Part shown: positions 24,901 to 36,100 of the stretch, piece after piece | Numbering within the stretch: position 1 is the stretch's first letter | Layout: the number at the start of each line of letters is the position of its first letter | Source: Anaeramoeba ignava BMAN | Taxonomy: Eukaryota; Protista; Anaeramoebae | NCBI GenBank assembly: GCA_028826165.1 | Contig: JAPDFW010000064.1 | Location: forward strand, 372,001 to 436,000 | Direction of reading: 5' to 3' | Length of the DNA: 64,000 nt | Program-made: the position numbers and the translations under genes | The notes under the pieces: generated by a model | What the model was told of the DNA's origin: nothing | The model's input: only the letters and a program-made list of their open reading frames with translations | The model's database searches: none

Positions 24901-27900
24901 TTTAGATTTTTCTTTTCTATTCTTTTTGATTTACATTAATAATATTAATATCAGCTCCTGATTTACTTAATAATTCTACTACCTGAATTGAATTTTCACA
25001 ACAAATAGCATCAAAAATTGGGGAATGAACCTTTGAAAAATTAAATTTTAAATTAAAATCAAAATTAAAATTAAAATTAAAATTAAAATTAAAATACCAA
25101 CTAAAAATCAAATAATAAATAAATATTTTTTCATTTTAACTTCTCTTTTTTTCTTTCTTTATAAAGAAAAAAGAATATAATATTTACATCCTAAATTAAA
25201 AATAATAAAATTAGTTCTTATTGAAAAGAAAAAGAAAATTTTTTTCATAATATTTTTTTACAGAATTTATATTAAGAATTGAACCTGCTTCAATTAATTT
25301 CTCAATAATTTTCAAATTTAAATTATTCTGAATTGCTCTATTTAATGGTAATAAATCATACTAAAATAAAAAGAAAAATTTAATCATTTGGAAACTTTTT
25401 CCCTTTCAAAATAAAATTTTACTTTCTAAATTTTCCCAAAAAAAAAATATTATTAATATTATTATTAATATTATTATTAGAAATCTTTTAGAAAAACAAA
25501 AAAATTTACATCTTTGTAATTAATATTTGCTCCATTTTTTAATAAAATATCAATTATTTCAAGACTAATTTTTTTATTTGTGCAAGCATGCATTAAAGGT
25601 GTAAATCCCTGAAAATGAAACAATAAAACAAAATTAATAAAATATTATTTTTGTTAATTTTTCCTTTAAATGATAAAGAATTACTTGCTAATTAAAAACA
25701 AACAAACATAATTTGGGTTTAATTTTTATCTTTTGCCTTTTTTTTTAAAAAAATTTACTTTCTATAAAATTATAAAAATAAAAATTTAAATAAATATATA
25801 AAAAATAAAATATATACATCAGTTTCATTAATTTGTGATCCATTATTTAGAAAAAATTCAATTTTTTGTGTATTTGTTCCGTTTTGTAATGCAAGCATTA
25901 AAGCAGTTTCTTTCTAAATATATAATAGAATAAATAAATTATTATTATATATATTTTTCTTTTGATTTACATTCTAAAAATGATATAAAATTAATTTCAA
26001 AAATTATATTGAAAAAGAAAATTTAAAGCAATTTACTTTCTACAAAGATAATTAATATAAGAATTTAAATAAAAATAAAGAACTCACATTTTTCAAATTT
26101 ATATCAGCTTTGTATTCAAGAAAAAGTTCGAAATATGAAATATCAAAATTATTCATTGAAAGATAATGAAATGGCGCATTTAACTAAAAATTAAAATAAA
26201 TCAAAATGATTTAATATAATCCTATTTTTTCATAATGAATTATAAACTTTACATTCTATAAAAAAAAAAGAAATTAATCAATCAATTAATTAATTAATTG
26301 AACTTCCTTTTTTTTTTTGAAAAATAAAATTTATAAAAAATTCTTTTTACAAACTTTATAAAAATTTTTTAATATAAATTTTTAATAAAAAAAAATTTAT
26401 AAGAAAATTAAATACATCTTGACAATTAGGATTAAAACCAACACTTAATAATTTTTTTACTATATCTAAAGAATAATGATTTTTTAATAAGTAATGTAAA
26501 CTTGACATTCCCTAATGAAATAAATAAATCAATAATGAAATTCCAGAATGATAAATTTTTTATTTATTTTTACATCCTATTTTTATAATTTTAATTTTAA
26601 ATTTGAATTTAAATTTTAATAATATTAAATAAAAATACATCCTAATAATGAAATTATTGAATTAATAAAGAATTGTTTTTTATTTATTAGAAAATAAAAA
26701 CAAAATACATCAAAAATATTTATTTCTGTGTTTAAATCAACAAGCTTATTTATGAAATATTCATTATTTGGGTATTGTGTTGCTAAATGTAATGCATTTT
26801 GAGACTAAATTAGCAAAATGAATATTAATACAAAATAATATCTAATAATTATTAATTTAAATACATTCTAATCAAATTATAAAAAGGAAATTATTTTTGT
26901 TATATATAATTTTAAAAGAAAATAAAAGTTACTTTCTAAAAAGAAATGTAAAAAAAAAATGTAAAAAAAAAGCAATGAAAAATATTTACATTTAAACAAT
27001 TTGGATCGGAACCACAACCTAAAAGAAAATCAAACAATTCTTTATCAGGAAAATAATAAAAAAGGAAATGCAAAGGTGAATTTTCATCCTAATACAAAAA
27101 AAAAATTTATATTAAAAATTGAAGAAAAAAAACCCAGAAAGAAATTACTTTCTAAAAAAAAACAAAATAATTATTTTTTCCAAATTATTTCAAATATAAT
27201 AATAATAATACATCTTTTGAATTGGAATCAGATCCAAATTTTATTAATAATTTAATGATATCAAGTGAACATTTTCTTTGAATTGCAAAATGTAAATAAC
27301 TCATTTTCTAGAAAAAAAAAATATTATAAATTTGAATAAATTTTCTTTTTAGATTAGATTATTTACATGGCGATTCCTATGAATATCAATTCCATGATTT
27401 AATAAAATTTCCACAAGTTCTTTTCTTTTTTGTTTTAGAGCTAAAGTTAAATAAGATTCTTCCTGGAAAATTGAATATAAAAAAAAAATATTTTATTTTG
27501 ATTAAAATTCTCAAATTTTTCTTTTGTTTTTATTTTACAAACTATTTTTATTATGAATCAAAATTTTTTTTGAATAAATAATTTGTTTTTTTGTTTTTAA
27601 AAATTTTTTACATCCTAAAAAAAATATTCATTTATTATTATTATTATTAATGAAAAAAAATAAGTATTGATACATTTTCAACTTCTATGTTTGGATTATG
27701 TGAGAGTAAAAGTTTGATTATTTTTTCACTAATTTTGTTGTTTATTGCGATATGGATTGGAGTATTATTCTAAATAATATTAAAAAGAATTATATTTATT
27801 TTAATAAAAAGCTTAAAATTTTTATTATATTATAAATTACATCCTAATTATTTTTATTATTCATTTAATTTGAATATTTACATTATTATTTCTTTTTTCT

Positions 27901-29242
27901 AAATTAAATTTACACTCTAAAACAAATTTTTTTTTTAAAAAAATCAAAAATCAAAATGAAATTCAAATTTACATCTTTTGCATCAACAGAAGCACCTGCT
28001 TTTAAAAGTAATTCAATAATATATTCATTAGGTTCTGAATTTTGGAGAATCATATGAAGTGGTGTTTGTTTCTTTAACAGGAAAATGGAAAATTTTTAAT
28101 ATTATATTAAAATAATATTATTAAACTAAAATAAATTTTACTTGCTAAATTAATTTTTATAAATTTTTTTTTTGTTAATAATTTTATAAAATTATTTAGA
28201 AATAATTTACAATCTATGAAAAAAAAGGGTTATTTTTTTAAAAAAAAAAGAATAATTTAATGGAAAAAAATACATCAACTGCATTTATATCAACTCCTTT
28301 AGAAATGAGTATTTTAACAATTTGTGAAGAAGAGTTATTTCTTATTGCACAATGAAGAGAATTTTCCTTATTCTTTTAATTTTTAAAATGAGGAAAGAAA
28401 TGTAAAAAAAAACAACAACAAAATACATATTTTTTTTTTCTATTTGATTAAAATTTACCCACTAAAATTACAATAAAAATAAAAATAAAAATAAAAATAA
28501 AAATAAAAATAAAAATAAAAATAAAAATAAAAATAAAAATAAAAATAAAAATAAAAATAAAAATAACAAACATGCTATAAAATATAAAATCATAATCAAA
28601 AATATATTTTTTAAATTCATTCATTCATTCATTTATTTTTAAACAAACATTTCTAAAATTAACATCTGCACCAATATTACAAATATACTCAATAATTTCA
28701 ATATTTGAATTATTTTCTAAAAGAAAAAATAAAGGAGTATCGAACTAAAAGAAAAATTTTAATTGGAGAAAAAAAAACAATCAAATTAAAAAAATTTTCT
28801 TTTTTACGTGATCTCTTAAAATTATTAACTTACATCCTTTTAATTTATTTATTAAAAAACAAAATAATTGAATTTTAAAAATGAAGTGGAAAAAATTTTT
28901 TTTCTTTTACAGTCTTTTTTATTAATCAAAAAACAAAATCAATTTTATTACTGAATTATTCAATTTTTATAATTTAAATTACATCAACACAATTTGGTTT
29001 TGCTCCTTTTGAAAAAATTTCTTTAATTTCTTCAAGAGAAGATTTAGATTTCAATGCACCAAATAATTCAAGAGTTAACTAAGAAAAAAAAAAGAAAGAA
29101 AAAGAAAAATTTTATTGATTTTTTTTCAAATTCAAAATTTCTTAAAAATTCTTGCATTATATTGTTCATCATCATATTCATGAAATGGTTGAACTTCTTC
29201 ATCAGAATAATCTTGGAAATAATTTAACATTAAACGATCCAT
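21924..29242 (-). CDS. Ankyrin-repeat (~23-24 repeats) + tandem BTB/POZ protein; one repeat per exon plus 33 three-nucleotide microexons
   Basis: 23 exons of ~90-105 nt each translate to one ankyrin repeat (e.g. KQTPLHMILQN...LLLKAGASVDAKD; GFTPLMHACTN...LLKNGANINYKD). The last exon 21924-22646 carries two BTB-like units (HDLILKFR; DFTI...HKLILIARSDLFRGMF...FLYTD). One phase anomaly at 23242. Confidence 0.9.
22744..28913 (-). other. Array of 33 single-codon microexons (AG|NNN|GT) in ankyrin-BTB gene 1
   Basis: Lowest + strand coordinate (codon on minus strand): 28911 ACT, 28834 GAT; 28572 CAT, 28459 TGG; 28211 ATT, 28142 CAA; 27914 AGT, 27841 GAT; 27612 GAT, 27539 TTT; 27149 AAA; 26933 AAA, 26865 AAT; 26639 GAT, 26574 GAT; 26351 TTT, 26253 AAT; 26037 AAA, 25971 AAT; 25759 AAA, 25685 CAA; 25423 AAA; 25188 GAT, 25098 TTG; 24349 GGA, 24268 TCT; 24028 AGA, 23964 TGG; 23540 AAT, 23462 AAT; 23085 GAT; 22827 AAG, 22744 AAA. 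Confidence 0.88.
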
Positions 29243-29359
29243 TTTAAATTGAGCAAAAAAAATGAAAAAAAATGAAAAAAAAATGAAAAATGAAAAAAAT
29301 ATTTTTTTTGAATTTATTCAGTTTTAATTTAAAATAAATAGAAAATTTAATTCTAAAAA

Positions 29360-29803
29360 TTAATCTTTTTTTCGAGTAATAAGAATATGAATTGAAGAAT
29401 TAACTCGAGTTTGAGAAATTGGTTCTAATCCCTAAAATTATTTAAATAAAAGAAAAAATAATCAATTAATTTTAATTTTAATTTTAATTTTTCAATAAAT
29501 AATGTTTATTAATACATCTTCAATAGGTTGATATTCATCAAATAATTCCTCAGAAGAAGTTGTTGGAGAAACTTCCAAATTATTTAAATATTTCTCTTGA
29601 AGTAAAAGTGCAAATTCAATAGCTTTATTAATAGAATAACCTAAAGCATGAATTTTTATTTGAAAAACTCCAGAATCAAATAATTTAATTGCTCTTTTCA
29701 TTAAAGAATTAATAGAATTTTTTGAACAAACATAAATATCATTTTTATTTGATTTTGGGTGAACAGGAACTCTTTTAACAAAATTATAATTTGATAAATT
29801 CAT
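29360..29803 (-). CDS. POP7: RNase P/MRP subunit Rpp20 (Alba fold)
   Basis: NDIYV...KRAIKL...IKIHALGYSINKAIEFAL...TSSEELFDEY; second exon GLEPISQTRVNSSIHI. Confidence 0.8.
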
Positions 29804-29864
29804 TTTTATTTAAAAAAAAAATGAAAAAAACATTTTTCCATTTTTTTCATTTTTTAAAATCTAA

Positions 29865-30756
29865 ATGAAATTTTTATTCCTTTTAATTTTTATTCAATTA
29901 ATTTTAATTCAATCAATTTTAACACAAGAAGAAGAAAATTCTTCAAATGAACAAGAAAAGTAAAAACTTTTCTTTATTTTTTAAAAAAAATTTAATAAGA
30001 ATAAATCATTTTAAGACTTCAATTTTTTTTTTTTTAAAAAATAAAATTTAGAGTAAATTCTGAATCTAGTAAAGGTTCTTTATTAGAACTTTATGAATAT
30101 GTAATTCAATATTTAAAAAAAGAACAAGAAGAAAGTGAAAATTTACAAAAAGGATTTATAAGTTTAATAGAAGCTTTAAGAGAATTTATCAAAAATTTTA
30201 AAGATGAATTTGATTCAGAAAAAACAGAAGAAAAATTTAAAGAATTTATTGTAGAATTAAGAGAAGATCCTTTATATCAAAAAGTATTTGTTGCTCTTCT
30301 TTTCCGTAATGAAAATTCACTTATTCAAGCTTTTCCTGAAGTTGCTTTAAAATTAAAAGATTTTTCTCCTCAATTAGGTTCATTTTTTGGGAATTTTTTA
30401 GCTAAAACTTTTGGAGTTGAAAAGTTAGAAGAAGAACAAAAAGAAGAACAAAAAGAAGAACAAAAAGAAGAACAAAAAGAAGAACAAAAAGAAGAACAAA
30501 AAGAAAAACAAAAAAAACAACAAAAAGAAGAACAAAAAGAAGAACAAAAAGAAGAACAAAAAGAAGAACAAAAAGAAGAACAAAAAGAAGAACAAAAAGA
30601 AGAACAAAAAGAAAAACAAAAACAAAAAGAAAAACAAAAACAAAAAAAAAACAAAAACAAAAACAAAAAGAAAAACAAAAACAAAAAGAAAAAGAAAAAC
30701 AAAAACAAAAAAAAGAAAAAAAAGAAAAAGAAAAAGAAAAAGAAAAAGAATTATAA
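29865..30756 (+). CDS. Signal-peptide protein with (EEQK)n tail ending in EKEL; probable ER-lumenal protein
   Basis: MKFLFLLIFIQLILIQSILT signal, one intron (~29960-30052), 12-bp GAAGAACAAAAA coding repeat, terminal AAA GAA TTA TAA. Frame through the A-runs not fully verified. Confidence 0.6.
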
Positions 30757-30834
30757 AAAATTTTTTCCAACTTTTTTTTTTCATTTTTTTCATTCAAAAT
30801 CAAAAAACAAAAAACAAAAAACAAAACAAATTTA

Positions 30835-33059
30835 ATGGTTTTTCTAAAATCTTCCTCAAAAATTTTATTTATTTTTGTTATTTTTCATCTTTGTTCTTTA
30901 TCTTTACTTTCTAATGATTTTGAAAAACAATATGATTATGATAAAGTAAAAAAAAGAATAATCAAAAAGAAAAAGAAAATTTAAATTTAAATTCATTTTC
31001 AAATTTAAATTCATTTTCAAATTCAAATAAAAAGGACACCTTTATATTCAAAAAAGTTGAACAAGAATTAGAAGAAATGTAAATAAAAATGTTTTAAAAA
31101 AATTTTTTTTTTCTTTTCTAAATTAAATTTATTACATTTTTAAACATAAATTTTACATAAAATCAATTAACTTCTTTTATAAATTTATTATTACTTTTGT
31201 TTTTGATTAATTTTTTTTTTATTTTAGTGATCCTATTGAATCAGCAAAAAAATTAGCAGAAGAAATTAAAATGAAGAACGATCGATTAAACTTAAATCCA
31301 ATTATTTTTATTCCAGGTTTATTTTTTAATTTATTAACTATTTCAATTAATTAATTAATTAATTCAATTCATTAATTTTTTAAAGGATTGGGTGGATCTA
31401 AAATTGAAACTAAACTTGATAATTTTAATACTAAACATTGGTTTTGTGAAAAGAATAAAGATTGGTTTAGAGTTTGGTTAACTGTTGAACTTTATGCGCC
31501 TGAAGTAGTTGAAGTAAGGAATCAAGAAAATAAATTTAAATAAAATAAATTTAATCAAATAAATTTAAATCAAATAAATTTAATCAAATAAAATAAATTT
31601 AATCAAATAAATTTAAATCAAATAAATTTAATCAAATAAATTAAATAAAATAAAATAAATTTAATCAAATAAATTTAATCAAATAAATTTAATCAAATAA
31701 ATTTAATCAAATAAATTAAATAAAATAAATCAAATAAATTTAAATCAAATAAATTTAAATCAAATAAATTTAATCAAATAAATTTAAATCAAATAAATTT
31801 AATCAAATAAATTTAATCAAATAAAATAAATTTAATCAAATAAATTTAAATAAAATAAATAAATAAAATAAATTTAATCAAATAAATTTAATCAAATAAA
31901 TTAAATAAAATAAATCAAATAAATTTAAATCAAATAAATTTAATCAAATAAATTTAATAAAATAAATTTAAATCAAATAAATTTAAATCAAATAAATTAA
32001 ATAAAATAAATCAAATAAATTTAAATCAAATAAATTTAATCAAATAAATTTAAATCAAATAAAATAAATTTAATTTAAATAAATTTAATCACATGAAATT
32101 TCAGTACAGCTACTCAGAAAAGTTATAATCAAAAAGGAGTATCTGTACGACCAATTTCAGGAATTGAAGGAGTTGTAAATTTAGATCCCACACTATTTTT
32201 CATCTCAGAAGTAGCATATTTTTCACGAATGTCCAAAGTTTTAGAAGACTTAGGATACCAAGAAGATAAAAACTTATTTGCATTACCATATGATTGGAGA
32301 TTAGCACCAAATAATTTAACAGATTACTTTGAGTTATTAAAATACACAGTTGAGTATTCTTATTCAATCAATAATGGAATGAGAGTGAATTTAATGACAC
32401 ACTCAATGGGATGCACTATTGCAACATATTTCTTAGCAAATCAAACACAGGAATGGAAAGACAAGTACATTTCAACATTTATTCCACTTTCACCACCAAT
32501 GGGAGGAGTTTTCAAGGGAATCAATTCATTAGTTGAAGGAGAAAATTTCGGAATTCCGATTATAATTGGATCGGAAATTAAAGACTTGGAAGTTTCATTA
32601 CCAAGTATATATTATTTCTTGCCTCATTCACCCTTTTGGACACAACCCGTTGTCAAAACTGCATCAAAAGATTACTATCCTACTTTTGATGACTATAACG
32701 TTCTTTTCAATGATTTGGGATTGCCTCAATATTCTCATCAATTACTCCAACTTACTTGGAAAGATTCGCTTGTTTTTAACCCTCCTGGTGTTCCAACTTA
32801 TCTTCAAATTGGAAGTGGAATCAAAACCCCTATTTATTTCCAATTCGAAACTGATCTTAATGGAAAACATGAAATTATTTATGGAAATGGTGATGGCACT
32901 TGTAATCATGATGTTATGATTATTCCTTGTACTGAATGGGCTCAAGGTCAAACACAACCTGTTCAATGCTATATTTGGAATGGAGCTGGTCATCAAGATA
33001 CTATTTCAAAAGATGAAATTATTGAACAAATTCTTCAGATCATTTCTAATGCTAATTAA
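30835..33059 (+). CDS. LCAT / lysosomal phospholipase A2 (group XV) family
   Basis: PIIFIPGLGGS, WFRVWL, LPYDWRLAP, nucleophile HSMG, GDGT and C-terminal His; signal peptide; multi-exon. Confidence 0.92.
31525..32090. repeat. (AAATAAATTTAATC)n intronic satellite
   Basis: Directly visible tandem array. Confidence 0.85.
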
Positions 33060-33179
33060 AGAAAGAAAAAAGAATAACAACAAAATTAATTTTTTTCTCA
33101 ATCCATTTTTTTCAATTTTAATTAAATTTCAATTTTAAATTTTTTTCATTTTTTTTCTTTCTTTTTTTTTCTTTATAAA

Positions 33180-36100
33180 ATGTCTGATTCAAAAAATCAA
33201 AAAATTTTAATTGAAATTACACAATTTCAATCTCAACTTGATCTTATTAAAACAAATGCAAGAAGAGGTTAAAAAAAAAAAGCAAAATTAAAAATAAAAA
33301 TAAAAAATAAATTAAAATTGAATTAAATTAATTATTAAAATGATAGTAACTGGAACAGAATTTACAAAAACATTAAACCAAATGATTTCAATAACTAAAG
33401 AAATGCTTAAAGAAAAGAATGAATCAAAAATTACAATTTTTATGGAAGATGGAATTATGATATGGTTTCATATATTAAAAGAAAGGTATTAAAATTGGAA
33501 TTATTTTTCAATTTAAAAATTTTAATTTAAATTTTTATTTAAATTTTTTTTTATTTAAATTTAAATAGGCAACTTATTGATAAATATAAAGAAAAATTTT
33601 TCGAATTTTATCAAATTTCCATTTCTTTTGTTGTGAATCAACTTTCAAAACAAATGAATATTGAAAACACTATAATTTTAATACAAATAATTTTTTCTAA
33701 TGAAATATATTCATTTGAGTCTGTTTCACATTTACTTAAATCTGATGAAATTTATTATAAGCAAAGGATAAGTTTAACAAAAGTTTCACATAAAATACGA
33801 AAAAAAGTGAAAGAAGCAAAACAAAATTTTGTTTTTCTTGATGTAAAAAATTCAAATTCATTTATTTAAATTCAAATTAAAATTCATTTATTTAAATTAA
33901 AATTAAAATTAAAAAGTCTGAAGATGAAATTACTTCCTTATATTATTTAATGAATCTTCAATATTTTGGAGTAAATGGGGGATTTCGCCTTTTAATCAAA
34001 CTATTAGAATCAAATAATAAAGAAGAAAAAGAACAAAAAATAAGTTTTGATTCATTAACTCAAATACTTAAATTTTTCTATTCAGTAAAAAAAAAAAGAA
34101 ATTTAATTTAAAAAAAGAAAATACTGATTTACAAAAAAATTATTTTAGAACCGTAATCGCTTTCTGCCTTATGTATTTGAGGTGTATGTGCGAGAATTGA
34201 TTGAGAAAGCATCAAGTTCTATAGAAATTGAATGGAAAAGAGCGGAATCAACAAATGATTTTTGGAGAAACACAACAAATACATTATCAATGATGGGATA
34301 TTTGATTCTCGCAATTCCAGGGGTTTCAGACACTGAAGCGCAAGAGAAAATGACTCGATTGTATGTGAGGCTTGCGGATCTTGCGTTTGAAAAACAGGAA
34401 ACAAATTTAAAATTTATGGGAATCAAAATGGTTGCTTTTGGTGGCAATAAAGGAAATTTCTGATCTTGAACGGCGCTCGAATAACGAGAGCATAAAAAAG
34501 TCAATTCGCAAAAGCGCTTCTGCTCGCAGCAATGCGGCGAGAAATGTTGTTGTGAAATGGATGGAAGAAAAAGATGTGATTCAGAAACAAATTGAAGAAA
34601 ATCCAAAAGATGCTAATTTAATTGCAATTTGTAGCGAGCTCGTACACTTCCTCGGGAGCAACAGCAAAATAAAGGACAAGCTTGTGGAATATGCTTGGAA
34701 AATTGTGTGGGAAGATTACGGCGCAGATCGACGATTGAAAGAAAGTGTGAATAAGTTTCTTTTGGCGATAATAAGCGTTGCAAGTTACGAGCAGTTGAGA
34801 ATTTTGGATGAGAAAATTGGCGGGATCGGGAAGGAAAAGTACAGCTTCGAAACAGTGGAGATTATTGGGCAGGTTGCTTTCTATTTGGTTACAAAGAGTG
34901 GAAAGGGAATAAAGGGGTTGGCAAAGAATACAGGAATAGAAATTCTTTGGAAAATTGCGCAAGACGAGATCAACGTGCCTCCAAATCTGTCAGTGAGATC
35001 GAAGGGAATCCTGCGTAACATTCTTTCAAACGAGGCGTGCAAACAGGTTCGTGAGCAATTCCGGGCTCAATGCGCTCAGAACATCCAGGAACACAAAAGT
35101 GTTTTTGCTTCTTTGTCTCTTTTGAAAAATTTACTTGAAGATTTTGGAAATTCGGGAAAGGAAGAAACAGTAGAGAAAATAACAAACACAAACGCATGTG
35201 CTGCGGAGAAGACATTTAATTTAACAGAACTGGTTATTAACGATCTGGAAAAATATACAGAACTTGCAAGAGAGGGAGCAGACAAAATTTCACATTTGCG
35301 GAAAGAAATACGAATTGGAGGCGGAATTGATCAGCACAAAGACAACACAGATCACGGAGAGAATTCACAGACACCACAACACTTGGCGCTTGCAGACTTC
35401 GACTCTTCGACAATGTCACTGGTCGGGAACAAACCGCACAAAGATGAGCTCCAACAGCGCTTGAATTTTCTCGCGTTTTTAATCTCTTCATCAGAAATAA
35501 CCTTGTCATTCGCGCAGTTCGAAAGATTGTGGTTTGTGTTTGTTGAGCGCGCTGCCGCTAAAGACGACATTGAAACATTCTGGGACTTTCTTGGATCACT
35601 TCCGATCAGTAACGAAAAAATTGGACGTTGTTTTGACACAAAAACGCTCGAGCAAATTTTCAACAAGGTTTATTCTGAGGAGCGTTTTAGCGAGGGCGTA
35701 ATGAGAAATAGAGAATACACTGTCTTCGCAAAGTTGTTTATATCCGTCAATGAAAGAGAGAAAAAAATCGAGCCTGAAATGCGTGAATTTGTTCTCGAAC
35801 AACCTCGTGAAGATAGAAACAACGATTATGGATACGAGAGACAACACTCGCGTTTCGGGTTTCTCCGCAAAACGGTGGAGATGTTCCCCAAAAGATCGGC
35901 ATTTATTCGAAAAACAATTCGGGAAAAAACTGGGAATTTTGTCACTTTGTCACCTGATTTTTACAATTTAAAATTTTTATGGAATTTCGTTATTGATAGT
36001 AAAGATCCTCAAGTGGCACGTTCTTCACGCAAGATGCTAACAGACTTATACACGCTTGTTGGGTCAGATCTCGGACGAACACGCAATTCACGGAATGCGG

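Noticed and set aside
27878-28820. Other AG...GT segments in ankyrin introns (7 nt at ~28808, 13 nt at ~28427, 10 or 17 nt at ~27882)
   Set aside because: Not multiples of three and too close to neighbouring sites; probably chance.
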